The notes beneath the pieces were generated by a model. That model was not told the DNA's origin. It searched no databases and saw only the letters and a list, made by a program, of their open reading frames with translations. From the NCBI GenBank assembly GCA_964016885.1, contig OZ024741.1, forward strand, positions 162,440,001-162,504,000: a stretch of 64,000 nt of DNA, written 5' to 3'. Shown piece after piece: positions 51,585 through 64,000 of the stretch (position 1 is the stretch's first letter; each line of letters begins with the position of its first letter). Made by a program: the position numbers and the translations under genes. This DNA is from Eledone cirrhosa. Lineage: Eukaryota.

Positions 51585-51996
51585 TCACCATATTTTTAAT
51601 GAAAAATACTGCTTATAACTTTCAAATAATTTTGAAAATAATCAAAATTTGGAAGGATTTAGTAACATTATTAACTCTTTTGTGACCATATTTCTAATGT
51701 AATACTATCAATTATTTAATTTCTATGATAGCGACTTAGGATATGACTCTTATACAAGATGATGTTGGAAGATTTTAATTCATATAGGAATCTTTTAAAA
51801 TGGATGATTTTCTTTCATAGAACCAAAAACAATTTTAGGCACATTGGTATCAAAAGGGTTAAGTTGGTGTTAGGAACATATCTTAAAGGTTCTTACATAA
51901 AATTATGATGAAAGGTTATATAAACACTTTAAAATAAACAGCTTTGTATCATAAAAGGAGAGGTAGTTTGAGGAAGTTTGGTATAAAAAGGATTAA
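51585..51996. mobile_element. Family A MITE with a second family A copy (51671-51862) inserted at its internal TTAA
   Basis: ATTA|TTAA..inner..TTAA|GTTG restores the consensus ATTATTAAGTTG. Confidence 0.75.
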
Positions 51997-54900
51997 AAAA
52001 TAAAAAGAGTACTGATACATACAAAGACAGGATTATCACACATAGACCAGGGCTATCTTGTAGCTAAAGATCAACAATATAAGAAATATCAGTATCATTA
52101 CTACATCATATTTCTAGATATAAGCTAATATCTAGTTACCCTCTTCTGCAATTAGCTGATAATGACTGGCTGATTATCACAGATGAATCATCAACAAGAA
52201 GTGTTTAAATTAGAGACTAACTGAAGTAGTAGTTGTATTTCAGTAATCATCTACTAATTAAATAATAACTGAGAGATGATTTTCAACATGAAATACCACA
52301 TTGCAGCTCGTTTACTCTTTTACTGGTTTTAGCCAACAAACAAGGAATAAATGGAACAACTGTTGTTTTTTCTTCGTTTTCCTTTTTTAAATGTTTTGAT
52401 AACAGTTAAGAACACAATTTACAACTCTCTTCAATCGACACAACATATGCACATATGCACAAACTTTGAAGGCCATTTCCGACCCACTAAGTCAGGATGT
52501 TAATATTGTGGGGGATAGGAGAGTGATAAGTTTCTTATTCATCATGATGTAGAGATGCTGTGCTGAAGCAGACTCGCCCCTCCTTTGCAAACAAGGAAAA
52601 GCGGACGTAAAATGATGATGATGTCCTTTATGAGGCAATGTTTTACAACTGGATACTCTAAAGCTAACCCTTTTAGTTGACTCTTGCCACATACAGTGAA
52701 CCTATTCTAAACTGGATACACACAGGAGAACTATCTTCAATAGTGCCATAAACCTTTCTACTCAGCCTTTACAGTTCTGTGCTCAGTTTACTCTTCTGTA
52801 TGAACCAATGTTAGTCTTTATGTGGTTACTCGACCTACAAGAAATAGCAGCCAAAAATCCTTTATGTTAAATTGCACCATCTTAAAAGAAAGGATATAAT
52901 GTAGAATATAGTTCTAGATACACCAAAGAAAAAAAATGATTGGATGGTCTCAGCTACAATGCGCATATCCCCCCTCCCCATGCAAAACGATTCCGTAGCC
53001 TCATTTTTGTGATTAAGAAGGCATATCTAATTAAAATTAAATCTTTTTGAATGTAAAATGCTATCAGCTGAGAAAATCATGTATATCTACATAATTCTTT
53101 ACCTTCCTATACTGTGGCCATCCAATATAATATAGATACACTGCATCCCTGCATGTTGTAAGAGGCAACTAAAAATGTTGGCATCAGGAAGGGCATCCAG
53201 CCATACAACATTACTTGAAAAAGCACCCCAATGATGAGCATGAAACCTTTCAAGGGGTCCATAATGCTAACCCCTGTTTAGCTGAAGCAAAAAAAACCTT
53301 AAAACACATGCTGCTGCTGGCACTGCCTTTGTTTATTCCACCGACTACTGATTTGTAACAAATTAAATGAAGCACCAAACATACAGATTCTCATGTATCC
53401 AGATTTGAACTTTGGAAGTTCTCTTCATTAGCTATAAAGAGTTTATATAATGTATGTAAATATGATATATTAATATTAAATATAATACTGTGGTTAACCA
53501 CAAGGTTTGTATGAACAGATTTATTGAAATGTATGAAACTCATTCTCTTTCACACACACACACACACACACTCCCTCTATATAGGGGAGCTTGAATTCTT
53601 CCCTCTTATACTATCTTATTTCAAAGTCTAGTTTTTGTAATCTTTCCTTTCCATTTGCTATATTTCAATTGGCAGAGTTCAAATCCTAGTGATGATGCTT
53701 GTTCCTTTCATTTTCCCAGGGTTGATTAAGTACCAGTCAAGTAGTGGAGTCAATTCAATTGAGTAATTTCTCCATGGAGAATTGATGGCCTTATGCCCTA
53801 CTAAAATCATTATTTAAAACAATTATTTGCTAACAGACAAAAAGATTCAAAATTCTCCTACTAACATCATTCCTAATGTAACAGAATACTTGAAGACATG
53901 AAAACTGAAAACCTGCTTGCTTGCAACTAACTTACTAATTTATGCATTACCTTCAGAACAAAAACAAGAGGAGGGGCCAGGATATTAGTAAATAAATAAC
54001 TCCACAAATTTACACCCTCCCTCCAACAGTACCACTAGTATTTGGAAGATAAACTGAGGTGAAGAGTTCAGATAAAATTATCTTTTATCAGTCTGTTATC
54101 TGAAATTCAAAAGGCAATGCTGGAAGGCAGCCAAAATATATAAAGCTGAATATATATTTTCAATTAAGTTAAAGAAGCCCCTTTTTTCAGCTGCTACCAG
54201 ATGTTTGTTTAATTGGCTAGACAAACAAAAGAATTAGTTCTAACAGTGAAATGTGTTTTATACTATGAGGAAATCAAGAATTCAAATATTGGAGAAAGAA
54301 AAAAATAAAGGTCTTATAACTAGGTCATAAAATTACAAATGGACAACCCTTTGAAATGTTAGACTTCTCTTCTTCCTTATGATATAAAATGTATTCTACT
54401 GTAGATCATCACTAGATTCCTTAGACTATTGTTTTACTAAACAATAGAATTTATATTAAATGTCATTAGTGAGTGAAGCTATTTAAAAAGTTTGTCAAAG
54501 CTATGTTTATTTATATGAAGTGATACATTCTTAACCCTTTCATTACAGTGTTTCCCTGTGTTTCAATTATTTCTGAAAATAACTAAAAATTTTGTGGAAT
54601 TTGAGAAATTAGCAAACTGATATTTAGAACATTTCTTAACAAAAATTTCTAAAATAAAATTATGATAGACAGTTTTAATATAAGGATAAACATTTTAAAA
54701 TGGGCAATTTTGTATCAAAACAATTAAAAAAAGAACAAAGTCAACTTTTTCAAAGAAATACTCAAATACAAAAATTGTTTTCAGGTAAATCAAAACGAAC
54801 TTATCAAACAACACTTAAAAAGCAACAAACGTTAATACAGATTTTCTGCATTACCCTGCATGTGTTGTAAGTATAAGTTCATAACATATGCAGAGTTGAT

Positions 54901-57900
54901 ATTGGAATCAATTATATTGATTGTACTTACTCACCTTATAGTATTGATCATATAAACTTAGTAAAAGGAAATGCAATCTCTATGTTCTGTTTAGTTTTGT
55001 GTGATATAAAGTAAATGTTCTAATACTGATGTCACAATAAAATGCACCAGTATATTCTATAAAGTGGTTAACCCTTTCATTACCATATTTCTCATGAAAT
55101 ACATTGCCTATGTTTTCCAATTAATTTTGTAAATCAACAATTTGAAGGAATTTTGTAAAATAACTAATAACATTATTAAGCTCAAGTTTAGTAGATAGCT
55201 GAATAAAGACATTTTTTCATAATAATATTTTTTCATTTAAATATATATACATTAAAACAAGATGTCCGTCAGCAAGAAATGCGAAAGTTTAGAGCAGGTT
55301 TATATCTAAAGAGTTACAGAATGTGTGACAACAACATAGGGTTGAAAGACCCTTTATTCCTGCTGAGAACATAACAACCTCTCTAGTGCTGGTGCCATAA
55401 AATACACCCAGTAGATTGTAAAATGGTTGAGGAACAATTGGAAGCAGTGTAGATCTAAGAGAAGCATTTATTCCTGCTGAAGACATAACTTCTCTAGTGC
55501 TGGGGCTATGATCAAATACATCTAGTGTACACTGTATACTTATTGGTGCTAGGAAGGGCACTAAGCCTTACAAGTCAAACGAAAAATCAAATTTATGAAT
55601 GAGATGTGGTTCCATGATTTGTTTAGTAGTGAAGTAACTGAATAAGAATTGAGTTGGAGCATGATGAACCACCCACCCAGCCCATGCCATATAATGATAA
55701 TGATGAAGGGTGTAATTTATATTTGATTTGAATTCTTTGGCTTACTACATGAAGTATGCTAGTGCTCGCTTTACTATTGAAATGTAGAACACAAACAATT
55801 ATTGTAAATTACATTAGTAAAAAATGCATCTGTCTAACTTACACATGTTTGTGCATTTAAAAGAAAATCAATCTCAATGCATTAATAACTATGTTATTTA
55901 ACTAGAAAGACCTTTTGTTTATTTCTGCATTTACATCACATATATATATATGTACTTATTTCATTTTCATAATATTTTTGTTGTCTAATTTATATTATTA
56001 AGGACCAGCAATTTGAAGGGAAGGGTAAAGTCAAAGTGACCCTATGCATTAACTGGTGCTTTGACCCTGTAAGATGTTGTCCGATGCTCTACCGATATTG
56101 CCAATGTTTTAGTTGATAGTGTAGCATTGTTGATATTAGTAGTAAGAGTGGTGGATTGGCAGAATTGGTAAAGTGTTAGATAAAATGTCATTGTGGTATT
56201 TGTTCTGCCTTCTTACATTCCGAGTTCAAATCCTGTCACAGTCAACTTTGCTTTTCACTCTTCTGGAGTCAATAAAGTAAAGTACCAGTTAACTACTGGA
56301 GCTCATTTAACCAACTTTGTCTTTCCCTCAAATTTGCCTAAATTAAAAGTCAATAGTGACAATGGTGAGAGTGGTAGTACAGTAATATACTCTCAGATAT
56401 CTTCTTTATACATTTCATGAGGATTTCTTAACCCTTTCATTACCATATTTCTTTTGAAGATCATTTGAGAGAGTAAGCAATATAACTAGCTTTCTCGTTA
56501 TTAAGTTAGTGCCTGGAGTACAAATTAATAAAGGTTCTCACATAAAATTATGATGCAATTTTATATTGTAGAACCAGGGGTGATTTCAGGCAGTTTGGTA
56601 TCAAAAGAGTTCAACAAACTGTCCATTAAAAAAGATCAAATTTTAGTTGATATCTCAAATATATTTGTATCAAAAAATAATATCCTGGTTGGGAATCGGC
56701 AGGTTGGTCTCTTAAAAATGGAAGGACACATTAGATAACATAGTCCTATATATATCTTAAAGATGTCACAGCAAGAATACCTTTAATTTTAGTTCTGCAG
56801 CATGATTATAGCTGACTTAATGGCTAAATAAAAAACAAACATATATATATATTATTAACCCTTTGCTACCATATTTCTAATGTAATATACTGCCTACAAT
56901 TTTTAAATGATTTCAAAAATAATCACAAGTTTGGAAAGATTAACTTTCTCATTAAGATGTTTAGATAAATATAAACACTTTAAAATATACAGATTTTTAT
57001 CACTGAACCAAGGGCAATATCAAACTGTTTTGATATCAAAAGAGTTAAAACGACTGTTCAGAACTTACAGATATCAGTCAATTTAGACCAAACATGACAT
57101 TTTCTGTGATGTGGTTGTAAAGCTAACAAACAGAAACCATCAAGAGTTGAAAAAAAGTATAACTATGAACACAAAAAATTAGCTTCCTTTCCTACTTAAT
57201 TTGAAATACTTGCACGTGATCTGTATGTGTGTTACTGCTCAAACACTCAACTCAAACTTTAAGATCTAGTTTTCATCCCAACATGTCTAAGAGAAACATC
57301 TACAGCCATAAAAACAACAAAAAGTTTAAGAATCTATGTTAAGTACACCTAAGTATTTCTGAACTCTAACACACTAATTAACATTAAAACAAGATATACA
57401 CATAAATAAAGCAACATTAATTTAAAGACTAACAAAATTTTATGCACACAGTATAGATCCAAACATATTCAAGGAATTTCAGATAAAGTAATCACAACAA
57501 AGATAAGAAAAAGAAAAGACCTACTCCAGAAATGAATCTACTTCACAGATGTTATGACATTCTTAATTTTCAATTTAGAATTGTTATTTATTGAGAAACT
57601 AATGAATTGCTATACAATGGCCATATGGTTAAGAAATTTGCTTTGCAACAATGTGGTTTCAGGTTCAGACCCACTATATGGTACCTTGGACAAGTCTTCT
57701 AATATAGCTTCAGTTTTACCAATACTTTATGAGTGAAATTTAGTATATGGAAAGCAAAGGGTAGGAACAAATATTGAAACACATTCTATCTAATGCCTTT
57801 TGACTGCCAATTGACTGCCTTACACACACATTGTTGGACTGGAGTAATGTGAAATAAAGTGTCTTGCTCAAGGAAACAACACATTGTTAGTAATCAAACT

Positions 57901-57937
57901 CACAAACTTACACACACACACACACACATATATATAT

Positions 57938-58200
57938 CATTATCATGTTTAATGTCCATTTTCCAAACTAGCAGGGGTTAGACAAGTTGTTCCATTTGAG
58001 ACAAGTCAGGTCAGGTGACTGTGTCTTGATCATATAGAACTTTTTCTGGCTTGGTTTCTAAAGGTGGATGCCCATCCTAACACCAACCATATTTACAGTG
58101 TTGACTGGGTGCCTTTTGTCGTGACACTTACATGACCACTTCAGTGAGGACTGGGTGCTTTTTATCGTGGTACAATAATGACCACCTTACAGTGTGAACT
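57938..58200 (-). mobile_element. S2-related SINE 3' portion with internal repeats
   Basis: Reverse complement of the 38640-38860 type sequence. Confidence 0.75.
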
Positions 58201-58537
58201 GGAGCTGGGGGTGGGATGTGTTAGGATGCGGGAGTATGTGGGTGGGATGTGTTAGGATGCGGGAGTATGTGTGTATACAATATATATACATACACACACA
58301 CATATACATTTATGAGTTAACAAAGCCTCTGCATATCACTCTAAAATCATACTCAATGGTATAAAATATTAAGAATGAACTGTATAATATAGTCCTAGAT
58401 ACACTATGCCTAAATAAATGATGGGATGGTCATGGCTAAAATACATTTGTTTACACATAGGTCTGTTGGATCAGGTTTAACCTGGGGCCAAATAAGTATA
58501 TATACAGTCACTTACCAACAACTATATATTCACTTCA

Positions 58538-59002
58538 TTTAACTCTTCTGTTACCGTACTTCTAATGGCATACACTGCCTATGTGTTTCAGTTCATTTTG
58601 AAACTAAAAAAAATATTTGGGAGAAATTTACTCAAATAATTAACTCCTCCTTTAGCAAGCTTATATTGAGGATATTACTTCACAAATATGTCTTAGCCCT
58701 TTAATGTTCAAACCGGCCAAAATTCTCTACCTTTTTCTGTTGAAACTGGCTGTAACTGGTCACTCAAACTTTTGTTAAGGTAAATACTTTCAAAATCTCA
58801 TAGATTCGATATTATTTGAGATAATTATGCGAGGTAAAGCCTTTACCATGAAAATATAATAGTATATATAGAGTAATGTGAATGCTAAAGGGTTAAATAA
58901 AATTATGGTGGAAGATTTTAATATAAGTATAACCCTTTTAAAATGAACACTTTTCTGTCATGAATGCAGGGTGGTTTCAGGCAATTTGGTATCAAAAGGG
59001 TT
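58538..59002. mobile_element. Family A MITE with family B MITE (58693-58896) nested inside
   Basis: Inner copy TTAG|CCCTTTA ... TGCTAAAGGG|TTAA; outer copy resumes at ATAAAATTATGG and ends ATCAAAAGGGTT. Confidence 0.75.
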
Positions 59003-59232
59003 CTCCTTTTACATGTAATTTTTAAAAATTCTAATTTATGTACAATAGTTCTGAAAGTTAATATATTTGCATATAAATTGCTCCACATTTTCAGCTAGGT
59101 AAAAGAAGGCAAGTTGTAACAAGATTTTAATCTATATAAGTTTTACTTTGTCAATCACGTCATATTGACTATTACTGTGTGAATAAAATCATCTGGAATT
59201 CATGATATATTGATTGATATAGTATTTTGATC

Positions 59233-59646
59233 GGTGGTGGATTGGCAGAATCACTACAGTGCTGGACAAAATGCTTTGTAGTGTTCGCTCTTTACTATCC
59301 AAGTTCAAATCCTATTGAGGTCAACTTTGCCTTTCACCCTTTTACGGTCAATAAAATAAAGTACCATTAAAGTACTGAGGTCAGTATAAAAGACTTTCCC
59401 CTCCCCACAAATTGCTGGTCATGCACCTAAATTAGAATCATCATTAGTGTAGTGTTGGTGGATTGGCAGTATCGGTAGAGGGTCGGACGCCATGCTTTGA
59501 CGAATAGAATTACGGTCCTTGCCATTCTGAGTTCAAATCCCGCCGAGGTTAACTTTGCCTTTCATCCTTACGGGGTCGATAAAATAAAGTACCAGTAATG
59601 CACTGGGTAATTGCTGGCCCTGTGCCAAAAGTAGAAACAATTATTA
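59233..59646 (+). mobile_element. Tandem pair of S1 SINEs (older 59233-59445, younger 59455-59646)
   Basis: Two GGTGGATTGGCAG heads, each with B box, core and tail. Confidence 0.85.
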
Positions 59647-60436
59647 GAGTACTCTCAATATAAATGTATAAATATTGATGTACATAGTGAGTTTATTTAC
59701 CAAGAATGGGAAGGGTTGGGATTATGGCTATGTAAATAACTCCTTCAACAAATCTCAGAATTTACAACAATATATTTTTGATAAAAAAATTAGGATAAAT
59801 GCTATGCACATAGGTAAATAACAACGTATGATAGTTTCCTAGGATATATTTCACAAATTGCTATACAAATTCTACTGGTGCAAAACACACATGGATTTCA
59901 AGTAATAACTGATGGTTATGAAATATCCTTTTGCCAAATCACAATATTCTACATGGCCTGGTGCTTATTTCCAGTAGATATACTGGTCGATCACAAGTAG
60001 CTTTTGCCTGTGGAAGAAATGAATAAACTTGGCATTACAAGCTAAAGGAATAACTCATCAAATACTTAGAGCAGCAAATCAATTTATGACTACATGGACT
60101 GGGTTGTTTGAAAGTTCAATGTATTGGTCATGGGCTTGATATAGTAACTCACAATTAGTTGTTACTATTCTATCCATGTAGCTATTGGCAATTTGGTAAG
60201 AGACATTTTACCTGTTACATTTACTAGCAGGGAAAGTGGATGTTAAATGATGATTTAATTGTGATATATTTTGGTAAGTTGCAATCACCATTTATATATA
60301 TATATACTAGGCAAATTTAAATGGAAAACTTGATATATTTTATATAATATATATATATATAAACATACAAAATTACACAAACATATATATATACACACAC
60401 ACATACATACAAACATATTTATACACACACACGTAA

Positions 60437-60770
60437 CAGTGCATTGAGGTACTTTATTTTATCGACCCTGTAAGGATGAAAAGCAAAGCTAACCTCAGTG
60501 GAATTTGAACTCAGAACATAAAGGGACATAACTATGTTGCAAAGCATGTTATCTGACGAGCTACTGATAATAATAATGGTTTCTGATTTAGACACAAGGC
60601 CAACAATTTTAGGGGAAGGGGAAAGTCAATTAAATTGACCCAGTTCATTACTGGCACACTATTTTATTGACCCCCCATAAGGATGAATGGCAAAACTAAC
60701 CTCGGCAGGATTTGAACTCAGAGCATAAAGGTATGTAATTGTATGCAACATATAATGCTCTGCCAATACT
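60437..60770 (-). mobile_element. Two decayed S1 SINE copies
   Basis: AAGGATGAA....AAA.CTAACCTC and TTTGAACTCAGA each occur twice. Confidence 0.75.
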
Positions 60771-61092
60771 CTAATAATATGAATAACTACTAAAATTGGG
60801 AGGGTATCTTGAGCAAATAGACCTTGAATCATGAATATCTCTACTATAAAAGATTGCCTTGTTGAACACATATACTTAAAAGGCAGATCCCTTAATCATC
60901 ATATTCATTGTGCAAACAATACCAACAACAATAAAAGTCATAGATAATAATAATGAAATTGTTGTATATAAAAGCAAGTCACTGCCAAAATACTATCTTT
61001 AAGATAGTGTGTTAGCACTAGTTTCATCTAAATAAACAAACCTGTCTATAAAAACAAACCCCATAGTTGCTATACACACACACACACACACA

Positions 61093-61125
<33 letters not shown>

Positions 61126-61571
61126 AGAGAGAGAGGGTAGAGGGAAACAGAGAAAGAGAGGGGGAGGGAACGAAAAGGAGTAGGAGGAGTGAGGGAAAGG
61201 CAGAGGAGGAGGTGACATTGATTGTGTACATAGATAAACAGTTGAAGAAATCAGATACCTGTAGGTAATAAAGGAAAGGAGTAAGCTAGCAAGTAAAGTT
61301 AAATAAATGACTTGGTGCTATACTTGTAGTCATTAGAACACGTTAACAAGATAACTCCCAATCCAAGTCAGTAAAATCCATATGTTTCTATGCAGTCATG
61401 CTACTCAGTAGAAAAGATAACAAACTGAATATTTGAAATATGAGAAAACAAAGATGACACCTTAACAATTAGAAATGCTCAAATATTGTACATACTAATG
61501 GAGATGAAGCATTCCAGTAGCTAAGTGGAGGATAGAGTGTCGGTCTCTCAACTGAAGAACCATGAGTCTTT

Positions 61572-61575
<4 letters not shown>

Positions 61576-61667
<92 letters not shown>

Positions 61668-62341
61668 AGGGGGGAGGAGAGGGGGGGGGGGGGAGGAGAG
61701 GGGGGAGGAGGGAAAGCGAGAAAGAGAAGAGGGAAAGAGAGAAAGAGAAGAAGAGGGAAAGAGAGACAGAGACAAGAAGAATGAAAGAGAAGAAGAGGGA
61801 AGAGAGAAGAAAGAGAAGAGAGAAAGAGAGGAGAGAGAAGAGATGATGTATAGAGAATAGATATAAAGGGAAAAGAGATGAAAGATGAAGAGAGGAGAAA
61901 GAGGGAAGAGAGAAAGAGGAAGAGGAAGAGAAGATATAGTAAGAATAGGGAAGAAGATATTGAATGAGATAGAGAAGAGGAGAAAGAGAGAAGATAGAGA
62001 GAAGGGAAAGAGAGAAAGCAGAGGGAAAGAGAGAAAGAAGAAGAGGGAAAGAGAGAAAAGAGAAGAGGGAAAGAGAGAAAGAGAAGAGGGAAAGAGAGAA
62101 AGAGAAGAGGGAAAGAGAGAAAGAGAAGAAGAGGGAAAGAGAGAAAGAGAAAAAGAGGGAAAGAGAGAAAGAGAAGAGGGAAAGAGAGAAAGAGAAGAGG
62201 GAAAGAGAGAAAGCGAAGAAGAGGGAAAGAGAGAAAGAAGAGGGAAAGAGAAAGAAGAAGAGGGAAAGAGAGAAAGAAGAAGAGGGAAAGAGAGAAAGAG
62301 GAGAAGGAAAGAGAAAAAGGAGAAGGAAAGAGAGAAAGGGA
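61576..62341. repeat. Polypurine tract: (GA)n, G-runs and GAGGGAAAGAGAGAAAGAGAA 21/24-bp units
   Basis: Directly visible; almost no pyrimidines on the + strand. Confidence 0.95.
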
Positions 62342-62739
62342 GTCAGACAGTAAATGGTGGAGTTGCTAAACTATCTATATGGTAACTCATAACATCCGGT
62401 ACCACATGATACTGCACTAGCAAGACATTCTTGAAAAGTTCAAGACAGCAACAATGGCTGCATCACATTAAAAATTAAAGACTTTACTGTAATACTGCAA
62501 ATTTCTGCAACAATCCCTCCATGAGTTTTAGATATTTTCTGCTAAATTAATACAGAAGGTTATGGGTAAATATGGTAAGCTGTATTGTGGAAACTGATTT
62601 CTGCTCTTTAAAGAGGCCCACCTTCCCATGAGCACAGGCTGAAGCTGAAGTATACATATATATTGTATGCACTACTCCCACCCCAACCTCCCATACATCT
62701 CTCATGAGGACAGGATGAACCATAAATCTAATGAAATCT

Positions 62740-63095
62740 CCAGCCCACACTGTAAAGTGGTCGTGATGGTGAACATGGCAAAAATCACCCAGCCCACACT
62801 GTAAAGTGGTGGTGATCGTGACATGGCAAAAATCACCCAGCTCATACTGTAAAGTGGTTGTGTAGGTGTCATGACAAAAAGCTCCCAACCTACACTGTAA
62901 GGTGGTCATGTAGGAGTCATGACAAAAAGCACCCAGCACACACTGTAAATGTGGTTGGCATTAGGAATGGCATCCAGCTGTAGAAACCAAGCCAGAAACA
63001 GTTGTGTGTGAGTAAGACAGTCACCAGACCCAACTTGTCTCAAATGGGATAACCCGTCTAACCCATGATGGACTTAAATGGTGATGATTATGATG
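62740..63095 (+). mobile_element. S2-related SINE body with about five 48-bp internal units
   Basis: Same unit and tail as 38281-38860. Confidence 0.8.
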
Positions 63096-63588
63096 AAAGA
63101 GAATAAAATAGTTCTTTACATGGTTTTTTCTTATCCATTTTTTCCTATGTTCACATAATGAGCAAATGTTTTACATGGTGGTGGCTTTCTTGCTAACCAC
63201 TCAATGCTTAAGTGAAACTTTTTGTCTGTCAAACTAAAGTAAACAGACTCAAAGCAATGGCTAACATAAGACTGATACTTAAGACTATGCCATCAGTCAC
63301 CAATCGAGGCAGCTTCAACAGCTATTGTGTCACTGGTGTTAAGTAGTAACAGAAATTTTAAGAACTTTTATAGTCAGACTCAAAGAAACATCATAAAATG
63401 AAATTGATTTCTAATTCAGGTACAAGGTCAAATTTAGGGAAATGCAAAGTTGAGTAAATCAACCCCAGTACTTGACTGGTGCTTTATTTTACCAAATCCA
63501 GAAAAACAAAATTGACCTTATTGGAAATAGACGCTTCCATAGGCGGTATGCTGGTTGAGCACTCTATACTCTTACAGAGCAGAGTATG

Positions 63589-63744
63589 ATATAATAGAAA
63601 ACGAAAAATCAGGGATGCATCTGAACTCAATTTATTGTGTGTTACAATTGTTTTGCTGGCAGACAGCTCGAGACACAGTGAAACAATTGTAATACACAAT
63701 AAATTGAGTTCAGATGCTCACTGATTTTTCGTTTTATATTATAT
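63589..63744. repeat. Inverted repeat, ~70-bp arms with ~17-bp loop
   Basis: AAACGAAAAATCAG..GCATCTGAACTCAATTTATTGTGT.TTACAATTGTTT is mirrored at 63676-63744. Confidence 0.9.
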
Positions 63745-64000
63745 ATATATATATATTTATATAAATATATATACATATATATAAATGAAGACATACATGT
63801 GTATATATATATATATATATATAAATATATATAAATACATATAAATATATATACACGAACATCCATATATATATATATATATATATATGAGACGAAAATG
63901 CTGAAAATAACTATAACAGTTGATCACTATAGATAATTGTTGAGAAAATAGGGTAAAATACTTAGAGATAGAAAACACTTTTTCCATGTCTAAGGGTAAT

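Noticed and set aside
61525-62385. Long E/R/K-rich ORFs
   Set aside because: Translations of a purine-only simple repeat that cannot contain stop codons.

Overview
AT-rich, microsatellite-dense eukaryotic DNA that reads as intronic or intergenic; its repeat content suggests a cephalopod (octopus-like) genome, which is an inference. I could not identify any intact protein-coding gene, rRNA, tRNA gene or CRISPR array, and almost all listed ORFs come from simple repeats or transposon debris. The window is a layered collection of mobile elements. It holds two or more tRNA-derived SINE families (some with clean target-site duplications, TSDs), TTAA-flanked piggyBac-like MITEs, hAT/Charlie-like MITEs with 8-bp TSDs, non-autonomous Helitrons, and decayed LINE fragments (Tx1/L1-like zf-RVT, Rex3/Expander-like RTE, other RTE, CR1-like). 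It also has a Tigger/pogo transposase remnant and Penelope-like inverted repeats. The most notable structures are: a head-to-tail stack of three or more Helitrons carrying SINE and LINE cargo inside a MITE (19.4-22.2 kb); two long hairpins that both turn at a hammerhead-ribozyme-like core (41.3-41.6 kb and 63.6-63.7 kb); a PHD-type finger embedded in an RTE reverse transcriptase (35.9-36.0 kb); and a SINE family whose interior repeatedly expands into minisatellites with higher-order structure. Family names come from recalled motifs and were not checked against a database.
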